Shown: positions 26,594 to 38,841, counted from the stretch's first letter. The stretch is DNA of 64,000 nt from Octopus vulgaris (GCA_951406725.2 OX597821.1:47554001-47618000), one strand, 5' to 3'. The notes: generated by a model not told the origin, from the sequence alone. Program-made: numbers and translations.

Positions 26594-27016
26594 TCAGCAG
26601 TTAGAAAATGTGGAAGGCCCAACTGCGGAATCTGTGTCATCTTGAAAGAAGGATCAGAATTTATACTGGAACAAGGCCACCAGTTCACCATTAGAACAAA
26701 CTTCACCTGCGCATCAGAAAACTTAATTTACGTCATAACATGCGCAGGCTGCAATAGGCAGTATATAGGCCATACAAAAAATAGCTTACGTAACAGGATG
26801 GCGGTGCATAAATCACAAATTAGAAACCCTGATTACCGCAAAATACCGGTCAGTGGACACATAGATAGATGTGCTGGAAATGTAAATCCGAAATTTACAA
26901 CTAACCCGCTCTATAAATTCAGTGACAACGCAATCTTCACACAACGCCAAAATAAAGAACTATATTTCATAAAAAAATTTAGACCAAGTTTAAACACCCT
27001 GGGCCAGGAATACTAA
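26594..27016 (+). pseudogene. GIY-YIG endonuclease domain of PLE (open frame, no start, RT missing)
   Basis: Uninterrupted frame with LIY...YIG...R...H...E...LN residues. It starts abruptly at a (TA)n tract. Confidence 0.85.
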
Positions 27017-27185
27017 AACAAAAGATAAGTCCTCCGAAAGGGAGAAGCGGGGTTCCACCACGGCCGCTGCTTCAAACAGACACTCACTCTGACGGAAATA
27101 TACCTTAGTAAAAAAGGAAAAAAATTCTTTCGTGCAAATCTGACCCTGATACATACGATACAGCTAAGGGTCAGACCCGATTCTG

Positions 27186-27650
27186 ATTGGTCAACAAGTT
27201 GATGACGTCTAGCTCTGCTAGAATGGACAGGATACAAACAGGGGACAGTCATTAGTCAGAATATTGATGACGTCCTTTTCTGCTTGAATAGTCACCTAAC
27301 AAGTGCAGACAGGGGGCAGATCTAATGTAGCTATAAGTCGTGATTGGGCAGAATCTGGATGACGTCCCGCTCTGCTTGACTAACGAAGCGACTGGTCAAA
27401 ACAGGAAACAAACAAGAGGCAGATATAATGCAGCGATTGGTCAAAATAATGATGACGTCCCGTTCTACTTGACTAACGAAGCGACTGGTCAAAACAGGAA
27501 ACAAACAAGAGGGAGTTATAATGCAGCGATTGGTCAAAATAATGATGACGTCCCGTTCTACTTGATTAAAGCCACCTAACGAAACGATTGGTCAAAACAT
27601 TGATGACGTCATGCTACGCTAGATTGACCACTTAACAGGCATTATAAAAC
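27186..27650 (+). promoter_or_regulatory. Tandem CCAAT-box/CRE array plus TATA box in PLE terminal repeat
   Basis: Six units of (G)ATTGGTCA-N~8-GATGACGTC near 27186, 27250, 27342, 27436, 27529 and 27586, partly within a 93-bp tandem unit. TATAAAA follows at about 27643. Confidence 0.55.
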
Positions 27651-27990
27651 CGAGCATTTCACAAAAACTCACTAGAACCACCCAGCGAACTTCCACCATG
27701 GGTCATCACAATTGCTTAAGGTAAAAATGAATTCCTCGCTCTTTCGGAAACATAAATCTTCTGTATTGACCGCTTCCACCACTTTGATCTGTTTTTTGTA
27801 TTGAATACGTATCGCCACCGTGGGCCACTGCATCGAACACTTTGAACATATACTTCAAACTATATATCAACTATACATGAACTATATATCAACTATACAT
27901 GAACTCTAAGATGTCTGACTCCGTTGTGTATTATAAATGAATTTCTTGTGTTTGACGGCATGAGCTGTCTTTTTTTATATATAACTTTTT

Positions 27991-28025
27991 TTGATAAGGT
28001 TCATTTCAGGAACTGAAACATGTTA
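27991..28025 (+). ncRNA. Decayed minimal hammerhead at PLE 3' end
   Basis: tTGATaA-GGTTC-atttcag-GAACt-GAA-ACATGT-T. Stem II and palindromic stem III are retained; the core is mutated. Confidence 0.45.
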
Positions 28026-28086
28026 TAATGTATATATAAAAATTAAAAATTGTATAATACAGCAGCATTTTCGAACTTCATTTTTT

Positions 28087-28148
<62 letters not shown>

Positions 28149-28336
28149 ACATATATATATATTGTTATATTTCGGAATGGTCATTTTGCCAGTTTAGCCA
28201 ATAAAATCACACGCACTATATATTTGGTGTTATTTTGCTTCAGTGTTATTTATTTTTTACATTAATCTTAATCTTATTTTGGCCAGAGTTCTTTCGTCAC
28301 AGTCCTGTGACTTGCACAACAAATATATAAACGTAT

Positions 28337-28388
<52 letters not shown>

Positions 28389-28406
28389 TATATATATATA
28401 CATATA

Positions 28407-28684
28407 AATAGTAGTCACAAAAGTGACTGAGGGTCCTGACTAGCACCAACTATTGCTAGAAATAAGAATTAAAACAACTCGAAAGTCACAAAATTCTATT
28501 CTTAATGATTGACAAAGGAAGGTAAGTCCCCAGCATATACAGACAGATTGCCGATTTGGGATATATAGACTATATATGCTGGGGACTTTGCTAGTCATAA
28601 AGAATAGTGCTTTGTGGCTTTTGAGTTGTTTTAACTCTTATTTCTAGCAATAGCTGATGCTTTGTCACTTTTGTGACCTCTATT
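28407..28684. repeat. Long imperfect palindrome (foldback/MITE-like)
   Basis: The left arm aatag..gtcacaaaagtgac...tattgctagaaataagaattaaaacaactc...aagtccccagcatata is the reverse complement of the right arm tatatgctggggactt...gagttgttttaactcttatttctagcaata...gtcacttttgtgac..ctatt. Confidence 0.85.
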
Positions 28685-28747
28685 AATTTTGCCTTTAGGT
28701 TCAAATTGCTAATAAGCCACCCATTCAATTTGTTGTGTATATATATA

Positions 28748-30448
28748 CTAGCAGAGTTACCCGGCGTTGCCTGTGTTACATACAATTGAAGAATTAGACT
28801 TTTCTGTTATATTTTCTGTAATGAACTGGAATACCTATGTTTCGAATTTCATCAAAATTGCAGATGAGGGATATTTCCCTCTTTACACACCCTAAAAAAA
28901 TTGTAAACGTGCCACATGTATCCCATATTACTGATTTTTATACACATATTCCAAAATTCCAGTCTTATAGAACCTGTTAAAAGGATTTTGCTCCTGAAAA
29001 ATGGAGGTCATGGAGCTCTAAAAGGTGAAAGTTAAGGCCCCTATTGGGGGTGGGCATCTTAATGTCAACCAGAGAAGTTGAATTGTTGAAAATCTTTTTA
29101 ACTTGGGTCTTATATCTATTGTTTGAATTTCTTTGAACTAGGAAGTACATGTTCACTGGATTTGTAAAAGAGAGCAAAGCTACAGGAAACCAAAGGACGA
29201 ATGATTGCAATAAGAAGTCAGCTACAGTACCCTAGTCGTTACCACTCCCAATGTAGTATTCCTCACCATGCAGGTGACAGGCACAGCCATAAGACGCATT
29301 ACAAATCTATAGCAATTGGAAGGGTGTGACCCAACTGAAATAAACATTAACAACTGTGTGACGTGAGAGCTAAGGAGAAATGAAAGTGTCACCTCTGGAG
29401 TTTGCAAATGACCACTATACTGATACGTAACTGGACAGAATAAATTTACTATCTATAAATGTCTTTGAATAACCAGTCACTCATCTGGGAAGGCTTTGAA
29501 ATCAATGTTACCATCTGGGGACTATGTGTGACCCAGTGATAATAAAAAGACTGAAAGGAGGTCTGCAATCAAATAACTTTACTCAACACTTTGCAACTGA
29601 ATCAGTGGAGGCAAAGATACCTCTCATTTACTTGACAATTTATGCACCACATTGCAGAAATCACAATCTAAGTGTATGTCAAAGCAAACTCTTACACTGT
29701 TGTGCCATTGAATTACAAATAATGCTCATCTTCTATGCTCAGATGACCCTACAGTTTCCAAGAGCACAACTGTATTCGTCTTTGCATAGATAAAATGACA
29801 AAATTGTGGGTGTTAAGTCTCCATGAAGGGGTCTTTCTAACTTGTAAGCAGATGAAATTTTATAAATATTACTTCATTTTTATTTAATATCTATGGTTAA
29901 AATTTCATCAACAGCAAAAATATATGAATTGTCATGGGGGTTATGGCCCTTATGCATAGAATATAATTTCCAAATTTCATAAAGATCCATTCAGTACTTT
30001 TGACCTATTTTTGGATCATAAAAGAAATGACTAAAATTTGGGAGTTAAAGCCCCCATTAGGGTATCTTAGAATCTTCATGTGAAGTGTAAACTTTGAGAA
30101 TATTTCTTGATGTGTGTCAGTTACCCATGGTTGAAATTTCATCAACATCGAAAATTTATGAAACTGTAGGGTCATCCAAGCATAGAAGATGAGCATTATT
30201 TGTAAGCCATCTGAAATTCAAACCAAACAAATTGCATTACACCTGCCCTTATGCATTGAATCTAAGTTGCAAATATCATAAGGATCCATTCAGTAATTTT
30301 GGTCCATGAAATTTTATGAAACACACAGCATTACCCTTCTCCCTAGGCTTCGATTTTGTGTTCCAAATTTCATTATGATCGGTGCTGCAGTTTTCGAATG
30401 TATAAGTAATACACGAACACATAAAGACATTGACTTTGATATAATAGA
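28748..30448 (-). mobile_element. Non-autonomous Helitron
   Basis: The minus strand begins A|TCTATTATATCAAAG and ends with the GC-rich hairpin CAGGCAACGCCGGG followed by CTAG|T. There is no TSD, and internal AAATTTCATCAA subrepeats are present. Confidence 0.72.
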
Positions 30449-30504
30449 TATGAATGTGCACATATACATACAGGTATATATATATGTGTATGTGTGTGCG
30501 TGCA

Positions 30505-30542
<38 letters not shown>

Positions 30543-30599
30543 CATACACACACAAAGATACATTGCTAGATACAACTGAGCAGGCAAACAAAAATATGA

Positions 30600-30944
30600 G
30601 ACATAGCGTAGTGCTTTTTTTATGTTGATAAGCCTGGTACTTATTCTATTAGTTTCTTCTTGTGAAATCAGTAAGTTATGGGGATGTAAATAAATGAACA
30701 GCAGTTGTGAAGCAATGATATGAGTGAAACACAGAAACAAAGTCACACGCATACACTTAAATATATACATACATATATATATGATTGATTTTTTTAAGTT
30801 TCTGTCTACAAAATCCACTGACAAGGCTTTGGTTGGTCTGAGGCTATGGCAGAAGACACATGCCAAGTCACCACACATTGAGACTGAACTCAGGACCATG
30901 TGTTTTGGAACGAAGTTTGTTACCACACAACCACACCTGCACCT
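30600..30944 (-). mobile_element. tRNA-derived SINE (family A)
   Basis: Reverse complement of the 63630-64000 family. Confidence 0.75.
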
Positions 30945-31126
30945 ATGTATGTGTGTGTGTGCATGTGTGTATGAGTGTATGGGTGTATATATATATATGC
31001 ATGTATATATGTGTATATATATGTGAACATATTACATATATATACACATCTACACATATACATGTATACATATACATCTATATGTATAGAAATACATGTA
31101 TACATATACATGTATATATATACATG

Positions 31127-31188
<62 letters not shown>

Positions 31189-31623
31189 TATATATTAAGG
31201 TATGTAGAAAAATACAACATGGACAAGAACGTATAACTCTTAGAAGACGATACAATAAACACGGACAGGACATTCGAAACCCTCAGTCTTCAGTCAAGAA
31301 CCGGATCATTGTAGTAATTTCGGCATATATATATACACATCTATATATGTATATATATACATGTAAATCTAAATTTAAAATAATAAGGGTGAAAAATTGA
31401 ATATTAATTTGATTAATATCAATTTAAAACCAGTGGTGTAGCATATGTCCCTGTAACTTAGCAGTTCAGCAAAAGATACTGATAGAATAAGTACCATACC
31501 TCAAAAAATGTACTGGGGTTGATTCATTCGACTAAAGAACTCTTCAAAGCAGTGCTCTAGCATGGATGCAGTCTAATGATTGAAACAAGTAAAAAGTAAA
31601 ATACATACATATATATATATATA

Positions 31624-32005
31624 GGTGCAGGAGTGGTTGTGTGGTAAGTAGCTTGCTTACCAACTACATGGTTCCAGGTTCAGTCCCACTGCGTGGCACA
31701 TTGAGCAAGTGTCTTCTACTATAGCCTCGGACCGACCAACATCTTGTGAGTTGATTTGGTAGACAGAAACTGAAAGAAGCCCATTGTATATATGTATATA
31801 TATATTTATGTGTCTGTGTTTGTCCCCACAACTGATAGTGGTGTGTTTATGTCCCCGTAACTTAGCAGTTCTGAAAAGAGACCGATAGAGTAAGTACTCT
31901 ATTAAAGAACATGTCCTGGTGTCGATTTGCTCGACTAAAAGGTGGTGCTCCAGCATGGCCGCAGTCAAATGACTGAAACAAGTAAAGAGTAAAAAGAGTA
32001 AAGAG
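31624..32005 (+). mobile_element. tRNA-derived SINE (family A), full length
   Basis: GGTGCAGGAGTGGTTGTGTGGTAAG...GGTTCAGTCCC...GACTGAAACAAGTAAAGAGTAAA. An extra 3' half-copy precedes it at about 31445-31600. Confidence 0.88.
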
Positions 32006-33178
32006 TATATATATATAAAATTATATTATATAGTGATGGTGATGGTGGTTGTAATGGTAGCAATGGTGAAAGTGATAAGCTTCTTTCAGTTTCTCCCTAT
32101 CAAATCCATACACAAGACTTTGATTGGTCTGGGACTATTGTAGAAGACCCTTATCCAAGGTGCCATACAGTGGAACTGAACTAGACACCTAACACATATT
32201 GGGAAGCAAGCTTCTCAACCACACATCCATGCTTGTGCTTAACCACACTTGTGCTTTAGGATAAGTATTTGTAAAACAATATTGTGCTAATCTAACCCAT
32301 GCAAACATGGGAAATAGGACATAAAGCAAAATAAGCAGATGATTATATATAAGGAGAAAGGAGAGAAAGGAAGAGCAGGAGAGAAAGGAAGAGAGACAGA
32401 TACAGGGAGAGACGCATGCCGAAAGAAAGGGAGAGTTAGTGAGTAAATGAGAGAAATGGCAGTTGGTGGAGTGGATAATCATTAATAGAAAATAAAAAGG
32501 CTGATTTTTTAAAAATTAATTTTGATGAGATAATGAGAGTTTAGTTGGAATATTTCACTTGACAATTGCAGTGTTATTGCGAAAGTAGTGATTCTGTCAG
32601 TGACAATGTAATTGAAAATATTTAAGTGAATGTGTGTGTGTATGTGTACATGCATAAACACATATGTGTGTGTATGTGTACATGCATAAACACATATGTG
32701 TGTGTATGTGTATGCATAAGTAAATTAGTAATTACAAATGAAAAAATAAAATCAAAAATAATTAAAAAGTATCTAAAAGCATACAAAAATATTGTCATAC
32801 AAAATGGATGAAATAAATCGTAATTTAAAATACAACCTAATGCAAATAGAAGTAAAAATAACCAAAATGATAAATAAATTGTAATTATTTTAAAATGCTT
32901 CTACAAAAAATGGTGGTGATAGTGATGGTAATGGTGGTGGTGATGGTAGTGATGGTGATTTTGCCAGTAACAATGGGGAGAGTGATAGTGATGCAAGGGG
33001 TGGGGTTGATGGCGATGGTGATGGTGATGTAGCAGATAATATCTCACAACACACATCATTCAGTGCAAGGAGTTATTAAATTCTTTGCGTTGCCACATGA
33101 CCAACAAATAAACCATCACAATTGGCTGTAATGAGTGGGGACTTTGATCAGGTTTAGCTTATTAATATTCAGATACAA

Positions 33179-33275
33179 TTCCTGACGAAGGCATCAAGGG
33201 CTGGAGTGGCATTATGGAAATAAACTGTGCCTGATACAACTCACATTCAGCACCTTGGACTAGAAAGGTAATTGG
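33179..33275 (+). ncRNA. Decayed hammerhead motif with long stem II
   Basis: CTGACGA-AG...CAAGG-GCTG-GAGTG / CAC-ATTCAGC-A-CCTTG...CTA-GAAA. Stems I and III are degenerate. Confidence 0.4.
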
Positions 33276-33397
33276 ATCCTGATGATGTATGGGGAAACTA
33301 TTTTGTATGTCCTTTACTAAAGGCTATAGTGAGACTATAGTCTTACTATTAGGTGAAACTGTAGAAACTAATTCCGCAAAAAAGTTTAACAAAAATC

Positions 33398-33561
33398 GGC
33401 ATCAGGAGTGGCTGTGTGGTAAGTAGCTTGCTAACCAACCACATGGTTCTGGGTTCAATCCCACTGCGTGGCATCTTGGGCAAGTGTCTTCTGCTATAGC
33501 CCCAGGCCGACCAATGCCTTGTGAGTGGAATTGGTAGACGGAAACTGAAAGAAGCCTGTCG

Positions 33562-33592
<31 letters not shown>

Positions 33593-33810
33593 GTATGTGT
33601 GTGTGTGTTTGTCCCCTAGCATTGCTTGACAACCGATGCTGGTGTGTGTTTACGTCCCCGTCACTTAGCGGTTTGGCAAAAGAGACCGATATAATAAGTA
33701 CTGGGCTTACAAAAAATAAGTCTCGGGGTCGATTTGCTCGACTAAAGGCGGTGCTCCAGCATGGCCGCAGTCAAATGACTGAAACAAGTAAAAGAGAAAA
33801 GAGAGAAAGA
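33398..33810 (+). mobile_element. tRNA-derived SINE (family A), young full-length copy
   Basis: Nearly identical to 63630-64000, with A/B boxes and an internal (TA)n(TG)n tract. Confidence 0.9.
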
Positions 33811-34117
33811 ATCAGTTTGCACTCAGTTATTTGTAGAGTGAAACCAGTATGATTACTGAGATGAAGATCTTTGTACAGTTTACAAAATAAATTGTCTTTA
33901 AAATACTTTAAAAAGTACGTCTATGATTTACTGAATAATAAGACCAAAATATGTTTAGAATTATCTCCTGTGCTTGGGGATATAATTAATATAATATTAG
34001 TTATTGTGCATTATTAAGTTTCCATCAACTTATAATTATTTCCAATTAGCTGTTTGATGTTCTATCTATCTACATACATATATATAAATGTGTGTATACA
34101 CACACACATAAACACTC

Positions 34118-34158
<41 letters not shown>

Positions 34159-34177
34159 CTTTATCAGTGGGTTGTAA

Positions 34178-34562
34178 AGGCACATGACTCTGTGGTTAGA
34201 GCGTCAGGCTCACAGTCATGAAGTTGCCAGTTTGATTCCTGAACCAGGCTGCATGTTGTGTTCTTGAGCAAGACACTTTATTTCAGTTTGCTCCAGTTCA
34301 CTCAGTTGTATTTTGTAGGTGTGCATGTAGGTGCCTACATATGCTCAGCTGTAGAAATGAGTTGTGACATCACAAGTGCCAAGCTGTATCGGCTTTTGCC
34401 TTTCCCTTGGATAACATCAATGGTGTGGAGAGGAGAGGCTGGTATGCATATGTGACTGCTGGTCTTCCATAAACAATTTTGCCCAGACTTGTGCCTAGCA
34501 GGGGAACTTTCTAGGTGCAGTCCCATGATCATTCATGACTAAAGGGTGTCTTTACCCATTTT
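34178..34562 (+). mobile_element. tRNA-derived SINE (family D, Meta/CORE-like body)
   Basis: GGCACATGACTCTGTGGTTAGAGCG head, decayed B-box AGTTTGATTCC and GTGTTCTTGAGCAAGACACTTTA core. The core assignment is from recall. Confidence 0.65.
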
Positions 34563-34803
34563 CTATTTGTTGGTTGACCAGGCTACCATTGGTTTCTTGA
34601 TTAGAGAGTTATATCTCTTAGCAATTTTCAAGCCTATTGCAAGAGATATTGGTGTTCATCTCCCACTTGAATGAAATCAAGATGTAACACTATCGGATAC
34701 ACAAATTTACATATAAAACACATTCTTGGCAACTGGTATATAAATATTAATTGCTAGTGAGGACTCAGTATTTCATTTTGCTACCATAATATACTACCAA
34801 ATA

Positions 34804-35693
34804 TGAGGGGGTACCCCCACTAAAAAATGGGAATTTTGCAATATTATTTCATTCACTTTACTTTTACATGTTTACACTTTTATTGCCTTCAAAGTATTCT
34901 CCTTTTGAAACAATGCATTGGTCCTGGTGCATTTTCCACTATCCAAAGCAGTACTGAAACTCTTGTGAAGTGATGCCTTTTAACGCCTACATCGCTTTTT
35001 TCTTCCCCTCTTCCACATCTGTAAATTCTGTCGCCCCCAGCTTTCATTACCAGTGATAACCTTTGGAAAAAGGTCCAGATCAACTTCCAGCTGTTCTTTC
35101 AGTTCATGACTGCTTTTGATCTTCTGTGAGCAAGTGAGGCACAAATTTTGCTGTAACTCTTTTCATTCACAATTCCTTGCTCAAAATCCATTGGCTGCAG
35201 CTCCAGGACACACCAATTATATCAACAAGTTTGTCAATTGTTCAATGAAGAGTCCTCCAAGATCAGTTCATGAATTTACATGATATTTTCATTCATTCAG
35301 GAGGTTGATAGTCGTCCTTAACAAGGTTGGTCTTCAAGCAACAAGTGACCATTCCTAAAGCATGGAAATCACTCGTAAACTTGTGTTTTGCTCATGGCAG
35401 TGCCCTTGTAAGCTGTTTGAAGCATGACAACTGTTTTGGCAGCCATTTTCCCCTGCAGAAAACAGAATTTCATGGAAGCATGTTGTTCCTTCATTGCAGC
35501 CATCATAAACATCAGCAAAAAAGGAAGAAGCACTGCAAAACAAAGATGCATCATTTGATAGTATGGCTCCAGGCGACACTGCTTGTTGGCAGATGCCTGA
35601 GGGTTGCATTAAGTGGCTTCTAGCAGTGGAAGTCTGAACTACAATGGGTTTGGCCATGGAGAATGTTTCCAGCTACTTTTGGGTACCCTTTTG
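34804..35693 (-). mobile_element. mariner transposon, decayed and internally deleted
   Basis: TA|TGAGGGGGTACCC ... GGGTACCCTTTTG|TA termini. N-terminal MKFCFLQGKMAAKTVVMLQTAYKGTAMSKTQVYE and C-terminal CIVSKGEYFEG on the minus strand. Confidence 0.8.
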
Positions 35694-36383
35694 TATATTA
35701 AAGGTTTACAAGTTACTATTGTGTAAGTCACTCTGGAAGTCACTCAGGTAACAGAATTATCTACAATCTCTGCAGAGCCTCAAGGTCATTTGAGAGAATC
35801 AATTTCTCATATATCTTTGGTCTTTATGACACCTGTGCATCTTCCAGGTACATATATATATTTATATGATTCCACTGCACCACCTGTTTTTCCATACCCT
35901 ACACTAGATACACTGTGTAGAATTCTTACCTACACCTTTTCTACATATTAATCAAAGCCATTTACTGGATGTTAATAGAATCCCATTTCCCTATTTGAAC
36001 ACTAACTTAACTATTGTTTTTCCATCCAGATTGTGTCTCTGAGTTTTTGACTTCAGTAATTTAATTTTACATATATATATATATAGTTATGTTGTTTTAT
36101 TTGCCATGTTTGACTGTCAAAATAATCTTAGATTAATATTTTCTAAATGTTAAATGAAATATAGCTGAGTATCTTCAACAATCATCTTAGTATTGGTTGT
36201 GTTTTAAAGGTGGATGAGAGCTCAAATCGCAATGGCTACATTATTCCAGTGAAAAACAGTGACTCTTAGAGAGACACAGTGATGCAACAATGTAACTCAA
36301 ATTAACAAAACATGAGTTGTGTTTGTCCTCATGTTCAATACAAGAAAGTATTACAGGTGATAGATCATACAAACATTGATCTC

Positions 36384-36414
<31 letters not shown>

Positions 36415-36902
36415 TTATAAGAGCACCAAATTTCTGTTTATTCAAACAGATAGATGTTTTAGAGACATTATACATAAACTTTATTACTGTCAAGGTCCAC
36501 AATAGTTTATAAACCATTGGCAGTCTATCCAGTGTCAACAAACAATAATAAAAATCAATATTCAAGCTCAGATATTTTTTGAAATTATAATAAAGGGCAA
36601 ATAGAGATAACTAACAGCTATGCTAGTAGAGTAAATTAAGTAAAAATAAAAAAATAAAATACAAGCTCATTAAAAATTTGTGGTCAACATACACCTTTAT
36701 ATTGCAATCAATATACAACTTTACCTTGTGAACAATTGACATGTTCCTAACTATAAAAATATTGTTATGATCTTTTGTGGCTTTCTTCAGGGATTTATGG
36801 CTCTCCTTGTCTATCATTGTCTTTGAGAAAATGTTCTTTAGAAAAACAGGTGTAGCATTCTCTCTTGTGGAAGTGCACTAATTGAAATAAGTAATTTCAG
36901 GT

Positions 36903-36970
<68 letters not shown>

Positions 36971-37527
36971 GATGCCCTGATGCAGTACCAGGCAGTGGCT
37001 CTCACAGCTTCTGATCTTAACTGATTGTAAGTGTTATTATGTACATTGTTTTGTCTTGGTATAAAAGATGGGCTACAACAAATATTCTGCTCAATACCAC
37101 AGATTTGCTTGTCAGTTGTTTGACCTTAACCAATTGAGCATGTCCCTTAGTGGCTGATGATATGTGCATCTCTGATCACAAGCAGAAGTAGTGGAAGAGC
37201 ATCATAGCCATGTGTTGAGAGGAATTCTTTGGGGTTTGAATAATTCACCTCTGGAAACATGTGTGGTTCGTTCAACATCCTTAAACAACCCTTATTCAGG
37301 GACCTTTTGAGCAGGATGGGTTACTCGACCAGAAAAAAATTCTAACTGGGCCCCACCTGCAAGGTCATGTGCTGTTTATCTTGATATGAGATCACCATGT
37401 CGTGCACATATGGTTGTGATGCATGTGCCTAGTGTACCCTAATCAGATGGGTAGTTATGATGGGTATACTGGGCTTCATATATTTTACCCCAGTATCATT
37501 TTGATGGCATGCACTGCTCTCTCACTC
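36971..37527. mobile_element. Non-coding insertion precisely bounded by (AAT)n arrays
   Basis: A 557-bp complex sequence lies between perfect (AAT)n runs at about 36908-36970 and 37528-37584, with no convincing ORF. Confidence 0.55.
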
Positions 37528-37584
<57 letters not shown>

Positions 37585-37585
<1 letters not shown>

Positions 37586-37957
37586 TTGATGTATCAATAC
37601 CGGCAGATGACAACGTGTCTCTAAAAGAAATGGAGAAACTCTCAAATTACAAAGACCTGGAAATAGAGGTAACTAGAATGTGGAATCTGAAAACAGAAAC
37701 AATTCCTATCATAGTAGGTGCATTAGGCATGATAAAAAAATATTCAGACAAATACATAACAAAAACACCAGGACTTACAAACACATATAACATACAGAAA
37801 ATTGCACTACTAGGCACTGCCCACATCCTACGCAGAACACTTTCCATACAATAACCATCAGAGCATCACAACAAATCACAGCACATACCCAAGGCACACA
37901 GAGCTGCGCTCGGTAGTGAAGTGAAAGCACGCTATAAAAATAAAAATAAAACTACTG
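37585..37957 (+). mobile_element. Dong/R4-type LINE 3' end inserted in (AAT)n
   Basis: IDVSIPADDNVSLKEMEKLSNYKDL...IPIIVGALG...IQKIALLGTAHILRRTL* (RLE C-terminus), then a short 3'UTR and (AAT)n on both sides. Confidence 0.9.
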
Positions 37958-38841
37958 AATAATAATAATAATAATAATAATAATTATAAAGTTCTCAGGC
38001 TTTAATCATACTGACATTTTACATTAAAAATACAAATTTCTGGCAATTAATATCTGATAATTAATTTCCACCAGTTATTATTATCATTTTTTATAATAAA
38101 AATATATTTCTAACATTAATATAGGTAATTTCTAAGAACATTTACAGATATTCTTGGTCCACTACAAAGTGTTTTAAGATAAAACATAGTTTATTTAATC
38201 ACTTCTAACATATTACAGATACTTATACTTAGAGTACCTCAAGAATTCATCTTCTCACCTGCTCTTTTTAACTTTTATCTAAACATCTTTCCCATATCAC
38301 TTCCAATCATACACATAGTCTCATACACAAATGGCATCATACTTATATGCTTTCACCATTCTCCAGATAATGATATACAACTACTTCAACCCCACTTATA
38401 TAATATAGAAGAAACCTGACTCCACAACAACAAGCTTGAAAAAAGAACTTAAGAAACCCCTTGAATAACAGGTATAGAGCAGCAGCATAGAACAGCAGCC
38501 ACAAAAACTGAGTAAAGAAAGCAAAATGACACACAAATATACTTAGAGCAATCACAGAAAGAAACGACAATAATAATGCACAAATAATAGATTGCATATT
38601 ACATGGGTGGAGGGAGAAGGTTGAAGTGGGGCTCAAAAGAGGTAAATACTGTGACAAGGTAGCATGTTCCAGAGAGTGTGGATAGAGAAGAACCAGGAAG
38701 AGTGATGGGTAAGAGTGTAAGACTTAGGGTGAAGAAGGACAGATGTATACAGCAAATGATTGTAGTGTATGGTGAACATAGGTGGGGGTGGTCAATGCAA
38801 GTGGTATGATCCGAATGAGGGATGCTGATTAGGAATAGTAT

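Larger units (their letters stand above)
26593..28050 (+). mobile_element. 5'-truncated young Penelope-like element (Neptune-type Cys linker + GIY-YIG + terminal repeat)
   Basis: In-frame CGRPNCGIC precedes NLIYVITCAGCNRQYIGHTKNSLRNRMAVH...KELYFIKKFRPSLN. CpGs are retained. The element is bounded by (TA)n on both sides. Confidence 0.88.

Noticed and set aside
31255-31325. Minus-strand CTGAAGA...CGAA as a hammerhead
   Set aside because: It lacks GAAA and a stem II. It is probably a terminal-repeat fragment whose real ribozyme is cut off by the adjacent TA tract.
36971-37050. Possible 5' HDV-like ribozyme at the start of the AAT-flanked unit
   Set aside because: I found no P1 partner or consistent pseudoknot.
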